From a virus, in IMG/VR virus record IMGVR_UViG_3300045988_125731, positions 23,536 through 87,535 of that record: 64,000 bases of DNA; one strand, given 5' to 3'. A program made the translations under genes and the position numbers. Below, piece after piece: positions 49,731-58,898 of this stretch; the stretch's first letter is position 1; every line of letters starts with the position of its first letter. The notes beneath the pieces are model-generated. The model was not told the origin of the DNA, did not search any database, and saw only the letters and a list, made by a program, of their open reading frames with translations.

Positions 49731-50328
49731 AGTAATACTTTATAAGACGTTCTTCTCCAATGGCTTCGACAGATTTCTCTGCAATGGACTCACTTGTAAA
49801 ATAAACGTTCAATGGGATTTCTTTCATAGATATAACATAGTTAACTAATACTTGATTTGCAGAATAACTATAATACAAGAAGAACTTTTTCTGACCGTCA
49901 TCATTCCAATTTATTTCTTCTTCGTTGTTTTCAACTGCAAATGTTTTAAGTTCGTGAATAACTCTAAGTTTTTCAGCCATAAACTCGGCTTGCTCTTCGG
50001 TTTGGAAACAGTTACCAATTGATTGGAAACGCTTATCAGTATCGTCGTCATCATAAGAATAACAACCAATACGACCTGTGTGTACAATAAGATAATAATT
50101 TTCTTTTATCTTAGGTTCCCACATTTTCTTCTTCCCTTCATTAATAACTTCCCAATCATCAGCAAGTGTATTAGTAATAGTTTCTTGATTAAAATCATTT
50201 TCAATAATTTTACCTGTTTTTAATTTAATTTTTACTTTTCCATCTTCAATAAACCAATAGCCTCCCCAACCTGGTCTTCTGATTTTTTTACCATTTAACA
50301 TTTCTTGATAAGCTTGTTCAAAATTCAT
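49699..50328 (-). CDS. DUF2829-like N-terminal domain protein (paralog 2 of 3)
   Basis: MNFEQAYQEMLNGKKIRRPGW. GNCFQTEEQAEFMAEKLRVIHEL. Confidence 0.45.
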   Translation of the reverse strand: MNFEQAYQEMLNGKKIRRPGWGGYWFIEDGKVKIKLKTGKIIENDFNQETITNTLADDWEVINEGKKKMWEPKIKENYYLIVHTGRIGCYSYDDDDTDKRFQSIGNCFQTEEQAEFMAEKLRVIHELKTFAVENNEEEINWNDDGQKKFFLYYSYSANQVLVNYVISMKEIPLNVYFTSESIAEKSVEAIGEERLIKYYFEVEEETNEF

Positions 50329-50358
50329 TTTATTTTCCTCCTAAATATTATATTCTGT

Positions 50359-51096
50359 TTATAAAATTAAATCAACTTTATTTTCAACTGCTGAATAGAT
50401 TATTTCATTAATAACATCAGAAAGAGTTAAAAATATATCAGTGTGATACGCAGTAGTTAAATACTTATAACTATATACCCCTGCATTTTCTATTTCTTTG
50501 TATATTTCTATAGCAATTTTTTTAATATTTATAGGAAATAAAGACGAAGTGTTATCAGCTACCCTTTCATCTTCGTTATATCCTCGAATAACTACAACAA
50601 AATGTGAAAAATTTGAATCTATCTTTCGTGACCAATCTTTATCAAAATCATATGTAAACTCAGCTGATTTGTTTTCTTCGAATAATTCACATAAAGTTCT
50701 TTCATCTGGTTGCAAATAAAATTCGACCGTTTCAGAATAATATCCATTACTGCTGCCATAAAAACGAATTGTATCCATTCCTTTATTTGTTTTTAAATGA
50801 TAAAATGACCAAGTAACACTTCCCAAATCATCGTTAGTATCTTTATTGGTTACCAATGAAACCTCGCACCAATTACAATCGGTGTATATATCATCGTGAT
50901 TATCATAACTATCCGCTCCTTCAAGATAAACATCTTCACAACATTCTTGGTCGTGCCATAATTCAATAACTGCACCATCTTTACAATAAAATATTACTTC
51001 TTTACTATTAGGCTTAATACCTTCTACTTTAATTAATCCACTTTTAAAATGTTTATTAGCAATATCAAGAGGTATCATATCATCAATGTCACACAT
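50359..51096 (-). CDS. hypothetical protein
   Basis: 245-aa ORF. Confidence 0.4.
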   Translation of the reverse strand: MCDIDDMIPLDIANKHFKSGLIKVEGIKPNSKEVIFYCKDGAVIELWHDQECCEDVYLEGADSYDNHDDIYTDCNWCEVSLVTNKDTNDDLGSVTWSFYHLKTNKGMDTIRFYGSSNGYYSETVEFYLQPDERTLCELFEENKSAEFTYDFDKDWSRKIDSNFSHFVVVIRGYNEDERVADNTSSLFPINIKKIAIEIYKEIENAGVYSYKYLTTAYHTDIFLTLSDVINEIIYSAVENKVDLIL

Positions 51097-51099
51097 ATC

Positions 51100-51786
51100 T
51101 TATTTTTCTCCTTTCACTTTCACTAAATCTACTTCATCAAATAGCACACCTGGAAACATATCTAACACATATCTTCCCGCTAATCTACGAGTTATTGTCA
51201 TTACTGGCGTTTGAAAAACTTGTAATATTTCTTCAAGATTGGTAAGACAAATTGCTGCATTTTTTATTTTTTTATAATTTAAACTATTGGTGTCATATCC
51301 TAAACAAATATAATCCCAAAAATCATCATCATCTTCTTCATATTTATTAAATAATGATTTTTCGATATAATTTTTTATTCGAGTTATATATTTTCGTATA
51401 ATATAATGTGTAGAAACTACTGAAACTTTATCTTCTAAATTAAATTTATAAGAAGGTTCTACACCTAAAATAGTTACATCTTCTATATCTTCAAAATTGT
51501 AAACAATTGCATAATTTATAGAATATCCCCAAGTGCCATCATTGCCAAAACAGCAACTTTCTTGTAAAATATTTGTATTAAAGAACAGTGAATCAGGTTC
51601 TAAATAACCTTCTCCAGTATTCCAAGTATACCCTAATTTATCAAAAGCACGGAGTAGAGTTTGCACTTGTTCTATTGTATTACAACGAATTCCACAGCGG
51701 ACTCCTATGCCTTTATCTTTACCTTTATAGAAGTAATCAAAAAATTCTTGTAATGTTATTTTATTTTTTAATTTTGTTTTACCCAT
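51100..51786 (-). CDS. hypothetical protein
   Basis: 228-aa ORF. Confidence 0.4.
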   Translation of the reverse strand: MGKTKLKNKITLQEFFDYFYKGKDKGIGVRCGIRCNTIEQVQTLLRAFDKLGYTWNTGEGYLEPDSLFFNTNILQESCCFGNDGTWGYSINYAIVYNFEDIEDVTILGVEPSYKFNLEDKVSVVSTHYIIRKYITRIKNYIEKSLFNKYEEDDDDFWDYICLGYDTNSLNYKKIKNAAICLTNLEEILQVFQTPVMTITRRLAGRYVLDMFPGVLFDEVDLVKVKGEK

Positions 51787-51800
51787 AAATTACTCCTAAA

Positions 51801-52058
51801 TTATTTTTTTATAATGTCCTTCAATTGTTTTGGCTCATCTTCCCAACGCACCGATGAAAAGTCTAAGTAATTTTCTATGTTAGGAAATAAATAGCTTAAA
51901 CTGCTAGTATAAATATCTTCCATCATAATTTTGTCCCCGTCCCACCAACCATATTTATCATCTCTTCTCGGTTTACTGCCAAATATAATTACATCTCCGC
52001 CTCTGTCTCTAGCTACCCATAAATCTAAGTTAATTTTTAAATTAATACTATTTTCCAT
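51801..52058 (-). CDS. small protein, member of a tandem triplicated family (FPNIE.Y.DFS.V.WED.EPKQLKDI)
   Basis: Shared N-terminal MENSI..KINL.LWVARD and C-terminal motif. Confidence 0.45.
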   Translation of the reverse strand: MENSINLKINLDLWVARDRGGDVIIFGSKPRRDDKYGWWDGDKIMMEDIYTSSLSYLFPNIENYLDFSSVRWEDEPKQLKDIIKK

Positions 52059-52059
52059 T

Positions 52060-52338
52060 TTAAATTTTCTCCCTTATAATATCTTTTAATTGCTTTGGTT
52101 CATCGTCTTCCCAAAACACTAGCGAAAAATCAAAATAATCTTCTATGTTAGGAAATAAAATTTCTGAACTTTCAATATCTATGCATTCAGATTCAAAATG
52201 AAGAGAGCGGTCATCATATACAGTCCAATAAAATTTATAACCTCTTTTAGGCTTGTGTTTATATATGTACAGTTTACCATCTTTATCTCTCGCAACCCAA
52301 AGGTTTAAATTAATTTTTGCACTAATACTATTTTCCAT
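52060..52338 (-). CDS. small protein, tandem triplicated family member 2
   Basis: AAGGAGAGTATAAAA ATG. Same motifs. Confidence 0.45.
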   Translation of the reverse strand: MENSISAKINLNLWVARDKDGKLYIYKHKPKRGYKFYWTVYDDRSLHFESECIDIESSEILFPNIEDYFDFSLVFWEDDEPKQLKDIIREKI

Positions 52339-52639
52339 TTTTATACTCTCCTTTTAATATATCTTTTAATTGCTTTGGTTCATCATCTTCCCATTGAACT
52401 TTCGAAAAATCAAAGTAATCCCTAATTTGTGGGAAGAAATCCTTTAACCTCCAAAGGTCAATGTCAATCCTTCCAACAATTGGGAGTATTTGTTGAGTAT
52501 CCTCGTCAAATGCAAAAGAAAAATTAAAACACCCCCAATCATTCCAGACTTTCGTTGGTCTTGATGTAAATAGTGATATATTTCCATTCTTGTCTTTCAC
52601 TATATACCAATCTAAGTTAATTATTACATCAATTTTCAT
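52328..52639 (-). CDS. small protein, tandem triplicated family member 3
   Basis: C-terminal FPQIRDYFDFSKVQWEDDEPKQLKDI. Confidence 0.45.
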   Translation of the reverse strand: MKIDVIINLDWYIVKDKNGNISLFTSRPTKVWNDWGCFNFSFAFDEDTQQILPIVGRIDIDLWRLKDFFPQIRDYFDFSKVQWEDDEPKQLKDILKGEYKNGK

Positions 52640-52655
52640 TATTTATTTCCTCCAT

Positions 52656-53240
52656 TTATTTTTCATTCTTTAATCTAGCCACAGTTCTTTCTACTTTTTG
52701 GCTAATTTGTTGTTGTATTTTTTCTTTAATATCTTCATCATTTAAATCATAAATAATTAACAACTGATAAATCATAAGTATAACATCGCATATTTCTTCA
52801 AAAATATGTTCTTTATTTTCTTGTCCTCTCAAATCTTTTGTTAATTCTTTGATTAACTCTGAAAGTTCTTCAATTGCAACAGTTTTTTGTGCAATTGGTG
52901 TGCTAAGTTTTATAATTTCATCTATACTATCACGCAAAGTTAATTTTTCTTTTTCGTAGCCATAATTATTGTTTAACATAAATTTGATATTTTCATAACT
53001 ATCATATTCATAAAGAGAAATAAGTAATTCATCTTTAAATTCCTCAGTATTACCCACTTGTACACTTGTTTCAGGGGCTAGTGCGACTATATATCTATTT
53101 AATTTATCGATATAGAAAACCATCTCGTGATTATAAACACCCCAAGTTGTATATTCAATTAGTTCCACATCATCAAAACTGACAAAATATTTGTTAACTA
53201 TTTTTACTTTTACTTTTTTAATTATTTCTTCTGCTCGCAT
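52656..53240 (-). CDS. protein with C-terminal MazG-like NTP pyrophosphohydrolase domain
   Basis: AIEELSELIKELTK and EEICDVILMIYQLL match the MazG EExxE / EExxD helices. Extra ~100-aa N-terminal domain. Confidence 0.5.
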   Translation of the reverse strand: MRAEEIIKKVKVKIVNKYFVSFDDVELIEYTTWGVYNHEMVFYIDKLNRYIVALAPETSVQVGNTEEFKDELLISLYEYDSYENIKFMLNNNYGYEKEKLTLRDSIDEIIKLSTPIAQKTVAIEELSELIKELTKDLRGQENKEHIFEEICDVILMIYQLLIIYDLNDEDIKEKIQQQISQKVERTVARLKNEK

Positions 53241-53258
53241 TTTATCCTCCTAAAATAC

Positions 53259-53759
53259 TTAATCTATATCAACTATAATTTCCCCATTCTTAACAACTTC
53301 TATCATATTTCCACCATTATAACAAATTGAAAGTAATTCAATTGCTTCAAATTTAATAAACTCTACTTTACCTGTGTTATAAGAAGAAATACTAAGTAAT
53401 TCTTTTTCAAAATCTACAAACACGACATCATTTTCTTTAAAGCTTCTTTTATACTCTTCGCATATAAGTTTTAATTCAGTTTTAGGATTTGTAGAACTCT
53501 CTATCATATGTGCTACACGACAAGGAACAGACTCTTTTTTATCTTCCCATTCTAATGCTTGACCGCACTCAGGACAATAATTATCTCCATACTTTAAATC
53601 TCTCCAACCACAATGAGGACAAGTTCCTTTCCAACTAATCACAGGACACTCATCGTTTATATCACCTATCCATTGATATTTATTTATTACTTTTGCAGGC
53701 TTTAGCCTTTGTAACATTGTTATTACTTCTTCAATGTTTTTAATTTCTTGTGAATACAT
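53259..53759 (-). CDS. protein with zinc-ribbon (CPHCG...YCPECGQALEWE), start refined
   Basis: GAGGAGG RBS before ATG at 53759. Third member of the Zn-ribbon family. Confidence 0.45.
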   Translation of the reverse strand: MYSQEIKNIEEVITMLQRLKPAKVINKYQWIGDINDECPVISWKGTCPHCGWRDLKYGDNYCPECGQALEWEDKKESVPCRVAHMIESSTNPKTELKLICEEYKRSFKENDVVFVDFEKELLSISSYNTGKVEFIKFEAIELLSICYNGGNMIEVVKNGEIIVDID

Positions 53760-53760
53760 T

Positions 53761-54117
53761 TTACTCTTCCTCCTCATCTTCTAATTCTCTAAACTCCCAA
53801 TTTAATCTTTGCCCGCAGTCAGGACAATAATTGCATTTTTCCTCGCAATCTAAATCAAAATATCTTCCACACTCAGGACAATGTGCTATATCATATACAG
53901 GACAGCCATCAGCATAGCCATCATATTCATAATTTACATAGCGTGGTTTTTCTTTATCTACTAATTCTTGTAATAGTTCCCTATCAGCCATAGTTTCTTT
54001 TTCTTGCGAAATTATGACTGAACTTAATGTGCTAAAACTTAAGTGGTAGTTTGTAGCATCACTTCCAATTCTATCTAACGCTTCTTGATATTTTTGATAT
54101 TCATTCATATTAATCAC
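53761..54117 (-). CDS. protein with zinc-ribbon (CPECG...YCPDCGQRLNWE) and poly-Glu tail
   Basis: Fourth member of the Zn-ribbon family. Confidence 0.45.
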   Translation of the reverse strand: MINMNEYQKYQEALDRIGSDATNYHLSFSTLSSVIISQEKETMADRELLQELVDKEKPRYVNYEYDGYADGCPVYDIAHCPECGRYFDLDCEEKCNYCPDCGQRLNWEFRELEDEEEE

Positions 54118-54148
54118 TCCATTTTTAAATTTTTTCTAATATAAAACA

Positions 54149-54568
54149 TTATAATAAGTTTTTGAACCTTTTTGCTAAACATTTTGACTTGATTTTAACA
54201 TTAATAAATTTATTAGTGATTTTCTTATTATTTAAAATTTCTAATGTTGTTAAAACTCTTGAAATTGCAAAATTTTCGGAAGAGTTAATGCATACATTCA
54301 TAATATTTATTATATATTCATTATCAAAATCAATATCAGTAAAGATTAAACTTCGTAATACATCTGCAAATAATTTCAAATTATTTGTATCTAAAATTTT
54401 TACCATAATATAATTAAACGCTGATTTATTTTCTAAATAAATTTTATAAATGTATTCACTTGAAAACATTCGTTCTTCATCTTCATTATCTAATATAATT
54501 TTTTTCAAATATTCATCATAGTATTCATCAAAGCTAATATAATGCCCTTCATAATTACTAAAAGTCAT
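54149..54568 (-). CDS. hypothetical protein
   Basis: 139-aa ORF. Confidence 0.35.
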   Translation of the reverse strand: MTFSNYEGHYISFDEYYDEYLKKIILDNEDEERMFSSEYIYKIYLENKSAFNYIMVKILDTNNLKLFADVLRSLIFTDIDFDNEYIINIMNVCINSSENFAISRVLTTLEILNNKKITNKFINVKIKSKCLAKRFKNLL

Positions 54569-54579
54569 ATATATCTCCT

Positions 54580-54936
54580 TTATTTTCTCATAAGTTTTAA
54601 ATAAGAATAATCCGAATTGTCATAACTAGTAATATTATCGTTTACCCAATTTAAAAAGTTCAATGCTTTGTTTAATTTTTCACTATTCGGTTTGTAATTT
54701 TTTCTTTCATTTTCTATTCTTATTTGTTCTAAATGTTCTAGTCTTTTAAAAGTTTTATAACTTATTTCACAACAACGCACTAATTTTAAATCAGTTATAT
54801 CAAAATGTTTAAATCGTTGACTAATCCAAAATAAAGCTGAACGCTCACACTTTGCTTGTGTTATCATACCTCTGTAGCGTGTGTTATTATTATCAGTGTA
54901 TTTAATATAATAATATTTTACCATAATGTCACCCAC
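54580..54936 (-). CDS. hypothetical protein
   Basis: 118-aa ORF. Confidence 0.35.
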   Translation of the reverse strand: MGDIMVKYYYIKYTDNNNTRYRGMITQAKCERSALFWISQRFKHFDITDLKLVRCCEISYKTFKRLEHLEQIRIENERKNYKPNSEKLNKALNFLNWVNDNITSYDNSDYSYLKLMRK

Positions 54937-55151
54937 ATATCAATAGTCGTTATTTCTAACTCCTAACTTATTTTTTCTTTTCTTGATTACAAATCCATAC
55001 CCAAGCTGCTGTTATTACTAAAAGTAATGTAAAAACAATAGCTAAGATTTCACTTAATGAACGACCAATGCAACTCAAAATCATTGACCATTCCACTCAT
55101 CAGACTGTATAACTAAATAGCTTGTGCATAATAAACAAATTAAACTTAATA

Positions 55152-55373
55152 CTAACATTCGCATTCCTCCGTTTCGTTAGAGTTAATAAACTTGCATTCA
55201 GTTGTTTTTAATGGACAAAACCCATTGTAATAACAGTCCCCACAGACTTTTCTTTTTGCTGTTTTCTTAACCTTTTCTTTAGGTTCTTCTTTTTTCTTTT
55301 CTTCCTTAACAGGCTCTTCTACTTTTCGAACCTTATTACTTGCTTTAATAATTGACTTAGTATCTATAGCCAT
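55152..55373 (-). CDS. small Lys/Glu-rich protein with Cys-rich C-terminus
   Basis: 73 aa ending CGDCYYNGFCPLKTTECKF...EECEC. Confidence 0.35.
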   Translation of the reverse strand: MAIDTKSIIKASNKVRKVEEPVKEEKKKEEPKEKVKKTAKRKVCGDCYYNGFCPLKTTECKFINSNETEECEC

Positions 55374-55405
55374 AATTAATTTCCTTCCTCTATATAAATT
55401 ATATT

Positions 55406-56332
55406 CTAATTTAATTTTAAATTTAAATTAAAGTTATATTTATTAATTCCTTCACTTAATACTTCCCCTCTAATATGAGTATAAATATTAGCAGTAGTAG
55501 ATAGTTGTGCGTGTCCTAATTGGAGTTGCACTTCTTTTAAGCTTGCTCCTTTTTCTAGTTGAATAGATGCAAAACTGTGTCTAAAACTATGTGGGTGAAT
55601 ATTTTTATCAATTCCCACACGACGTGCAATAACCTTACTACTATTTGTTATAGCAACTCTATTCATTGGTTTACCACTATTAGAGATAAACAAGTTATTA
55701 TATTGACAATTAGGGAACTTTTTATTTCTAAACTTAACAATATATTCTTTAATAATTTGTGCTGTATAACTAGGAATATATTTCTTTTGCATTTTTTGTC
55801 CTTTACAACGTACTAAGATATATGGACTTTCAACATCTAAAAATAAATTATCTAATTCCATATTGATTAATTCACTTAATCTTACTCCCATTGTAAGAAA
55901 AACTGTAAACACAGCTTTATCACGTAAGTTTTTACAACCCAATATAAATCTTTGTGCTTCTTCTTCTGTAAGATAAGTTGTTTCGCGATAATCTTTATCT
56001 TTAAAAGAGTGTATTCTTTTCCAAGGATTTTTATCTATATATTCATATTCTTCTAAAAAGTGATAAAAAGATTTTAAACACATAATTTTTTGATTTTTAC
56101 TAGATACTTTATATTGCTTTTCTTGTAAGTAGTCTAAGTAAGATAAGATATTTTCGTTGTTTAATTCTATAATTTGTTTATTTGTTGTAATATCTAACAC
56201 CTCACAAAACTTATTTAGTATTTGTGTGTAGTCAGATATTGTTTTTTCTGTTCTTTGTTTTTCAATTTTACAATATCTATAAAAAGTATCTAACAAAGTA
56301 AAATCTTCTAGTTTAAAATTCTTATCAAGCAT
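55406..56332 (-). CDS. tyrosine site-specific recombinase (XerC/XerD-like integrase/resolvase)
   Basis: HPHSFRHSFA and LGHAQLSTTANIYTHI match the R-H-R-Y catalytic motifs. 308 aa. Confidence 0.75.
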   Translation of the reverse strand: MLDKNFKLEDFTLLDTFYRYCKIEKQRTEKTISDYTQILNKFCEVLDITTNKQIIELNNENILSYLDYLQEKQYKVSSKNQKIMCLKSFYHFLEEYEYIDKNPWKRIHSFKDKDYRETTYLTEEEAQRFILGCKNLRDKAVFTVFLTMGVRLSELINMELDNLFLDVESPYILVRCKGQKMQKKYIPSYTAQIIKEYIVKFRNKKFPNCQYNNLFISNSGKPMNRVAITNSSKVIARRVGIDKNIHPHSFRHSFASIQLEKGASLKEVQLQLGHAQLSTTANIYTHIRGEVLSEGINKYNFNLNLKLN

Positions 56333-56609
56333 AATTTTCCTACCTTTCTTGCTTAATTTTTGATAGTGTTATTTTGATGTAAAATTTTGTTATATTTTGT
56401 GCATATTTTTAATAGTATTTCTACACCAAAATAACATATTTTTAATAGTTTGAAATAGCTCTTTCAAAACTTTTTGGATTTAACATCTAAAAACTCTCTT
56501 TTTTCTATAAGTTTTTGGACATTTACTCCACAATAATTAAAATACTTTACACAATATTATATACCGTTTGTAAAATAAATGTATATAATTTTTATTATTT
56601 TTTAGATTT

Positions 56610-57020
56610 TTACATCACGATAATAGGTTGGTCTACATAACTAGCAGTTGCGGTGTTGTAATGTTTACATACAAGTTCTAATTTTGATAGTCCATAATCG
56701 TGTACTGCTGAACTTGTGTTAGCACGTTTAACAGCATTAATAATTGAAAGGGTAGCCATTGTTAATCCTGTAACATATAAATTGATAGTCAAATTTCCAC
56801 ATTGCTTATAATGTACAATAGTTGCTATGACAAAATTAGCCCATTGTTCTAAAGCAGTAATGTTAGAAGGGTCTTCAATAGTAGAGCCATAAACAAAAAT
56901 CTTACAAGGCATTTCGTGTCGACCTTCGCACACTCCTATGTTTAATTCTGTTGTCGTGGGATTTACTTCTCGTTTAATTTCACACATTTTTTGTAATAAT
57001 AATTGGTCATTTTGTAGCAC
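56610..57020 (-). CDS. hypothetical protein (GTG start with GGAGG RBS)
   Basis: 136-aa ORF preceded by a ~75-nt polypurine leader. Confidence 0.4.
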   Translation of the reverse strand: MLQNDQLLLQKMCEIKREVNPTTTELNIGVCEGRHEMPCKIFVYGSTIEDPSNITALEQWANFVIATIVHYKQCGNLTINLYVTGLTMATLSIINAVKRANTSSAVHDYGLSKLELVCKHYNTATASYVDQPIIVM

Positions 57021-57211
57021 TTATATACTCCTCCTTCTTAGTGCTTTTGTATCGCACTTTCTTCTTTTCTTTTTCTTTATTTATTTCTTTTTCTTTTCTT
57101 CTTTGTTTTTAGTTGTTAAACTATTTATTTATACAAAGTTAATTAATAGTTAGATTACTAATATTTATTAGCTAGTTATTAGTATGTGCGTGCGTGTATT
57201 ATGCGTATGAG

Positions 57212-57766
57212 TTAGTATATCCATTTTGGATTAACTATTTTACCACTAATATAATCTTCCCATATTTGTTTGTATTGTTGTAATTCTTTATTAAGTACGA
57301 GATTTAACATTTGCTTAGACAATTGATAATGATATTTTTCTTTAATTTCTCGAACAGGTATGTTTTTACTAAATCTATCAATAAACATAGGTGTTGCAAT
57401 AGTTAAAATATAATCAACAAACATATCTTTTTCAGAGTTTCTCATAGGTTGTTCCCATTCTGTATCAAAAGTATCATCAAAATTATCAACAATACAGACT
57501 CTATCTTTCCCATTTCGTTTAATTCTACGTACATCACGATAGAGACCATACATTGCTTTGGTTGAAACAGTCCAAATAAAAGTAGTTATTTTGGTAAGGT
57601 TCTGTGTATATTTATCTAAGTTATCCCACACTTTCATATATGCGATGTTAATCAAATCACTATATTCATAGCCATAAGGCTCAAAACTAGGTATGAAAGG
57701 TTGAACGGCTTTAACTACTACCCCTTTATACTCTTCTAGTAATTGTTCTTTTAATTCTCTTTCCAT
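57212..57766 (-). CDS. putative second sigma-70-family-like protein
   Basis: Region-2-like LINIAYMKVWDNLDKY...TTFIWTVSTKAMYGLYRDVRR. Helical C-terminus. Weaker match than 43540..44238. Confidence 0.35.
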   Translation of the reverse strand: MERELKEQLLEEYKGVVVKAVQPFIPSFEPYGYEYSDLINIAYMKVWDNLDKYTQNLTKITTFIWTVSTKAMYGLYRDVRRIKRNGKDRVCIVDNFDDTFDTEWEQPMRNSEKDMFVDYILTIATPMFIDRFSKNIPVREIKEKYHYQLSKQMLNLVLNKELQQYKQIWEDYISGKIVNPKWIY

Positions 57767-57900
57767 TTGTTCCTCCTGAGGCGATTTTAAGGGGTATTTT
57801 TAAAAGGTTTACCCCTACCCTTTATAGTTTATCACTTTTTATTCAAAAGTTTAGAAATACCCCCTAAATAAGGTTTAAAATAGATTTTAAATACAATTTT
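57767..57900 (-). promoter_or_regulatory. conserved 5' leader element copy 2 (CTTATTTAGGGGGTATTTCT box + AGGGGTA...TACCCCT hairpin)
   Basis: Same box and hairpin directly upstream of the RBS as copy 1 at 27367..27533. Confidence 0.4.
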
Positions 57901-58010
57901 ATGACCAATATTTTAAACCTTATTTAATTTAATCACTTACTCTAACATATAATTGCTTACTTTAGTGTCTTTTTTATGTGATAAATTTAGAGTATCATTA
58001 ATTTCTTTTT

Positions 58011-58062
58011 TACACTATAACATAAAATTAATTAGTTTTAATTTAAAACTTTTTCTAAACAA
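58011..58062 (-). promoter_or_regulatory. degenerate copy of the repeated promoter element
   Basis: TACACTATAACATAAAATTAATTAGTTTTAATTTAAAACTTTTTCTAAAC vs consensus TACACTAATATTATATCA...TTTTAAAAACTTTTTGCTTTTTATGTA. Confidence 0.3.
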
Positions 58063-58069
58063 TTTCTTC

Positions 58070-58543
58070 CTAGTAGTTGATAGTCAAAATATTCCTATCT
58101 ATTTTAGCATTATAATTACTTAAAATATAATCGAGGAAACTTTCTTCGTCAAGCAAATATGCGATAGGAATTGTAATATCTTTAAAAGTATCAAGTGCAT
58201 TGTTAATTCGTGCTTTGAAAGAATAATCAATATCCCCATTATCAGTAATATAAATACTAAATTTTAATATCTCAGAAGAGTAAGGCTTACAACATCGCAA
58301 CCAAATCTCTACTGACATTTCTCTTTTATCTTCTTTAAGAAAGTTATATATTCCACTATCAAAATCCATTCTTTGTCCACTGTATTCAAAATGGTGTATA
58401 AAACTTTTACAAACTTTCTTCTCTAATTCATTTGCTACTTTCCAACATTTATGTGGATATGCTGTTCCTAAACATTCTTTGACAGCGTTATGGAAGATAT
58501 TAAAACCTTCCACAACATTTTTATAATTAATTCTTCTTTCCAT
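58070..58543 (-). CDS. hypothetical protein
   Basis: 157-aa ORF. Confidence 0.4.
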   Translation of the reverse strand: MERRINYKNVVEGFNIFHNAVKECLGTAYPHKCWKVANELEKKVCKSFIHHFEYSGQRMDFDSGIYNFLKEDKREMSVEIWLRCCKPYSSEILKFSIYITDNGDIDYSFKARINNALDTFKDITIPIAYLLDEESFLDYILSNYNAKIDRNILTINY

Positions 58544-58554
58544 TTTAATTTACC

Positions 58555-58896
58555 TCACTTAATTTCTCTTATCTCTTCAAATCCTATATAAAATAATTCA
58601 CTAATAAAATCCATTAACTCTTGACCTGTTAATTCGTGTAGTTTAATTTCAGTATCTTCACTAAAACCACAACAGTCCACCCACGCGAGAGCAGCAGGTT
58701 CGAGAGCAGCAGTACGCCACTCTCTAACAGTCTTTGTTAACCCCATACAAAATCCTTTTTCAGGGTCAACAAAAGGACTAATTTGATAATCTTTTATGCA
58801 TTTATAAACTCTATTTTCATTAACTATTCTTTCTTTAATTTCTTTCATTTTATTATACATCTTTTCTTTGTATTTATTAAACTTTTGATTATTCAT
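58555..58896 (-). CDS. hypothetical protein
   Basis: 113-aa ORF. Confidence 0.4.
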   Translation of the reverse strand: MNNQKFNKYKEKMYNKMKEIKERIVNENRVYKCIKDYQISPFVDPEKGFCMGLTKTVREWRTAALEPAALAWVDCCGFSEDTEIKLHELTGQELMDFISELFYIGFEEIREIK

Positions 58897-58898
58897 AA

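Noticed and set aside
55152-55170. Two tiny hydrophobic ORFs (25 and 38 aa) overlapping the end of 55152..55373 in another frame
   Set aside because: They are very short, overlap a better-supported gene, and the first ATG is too close to the GGAGG.
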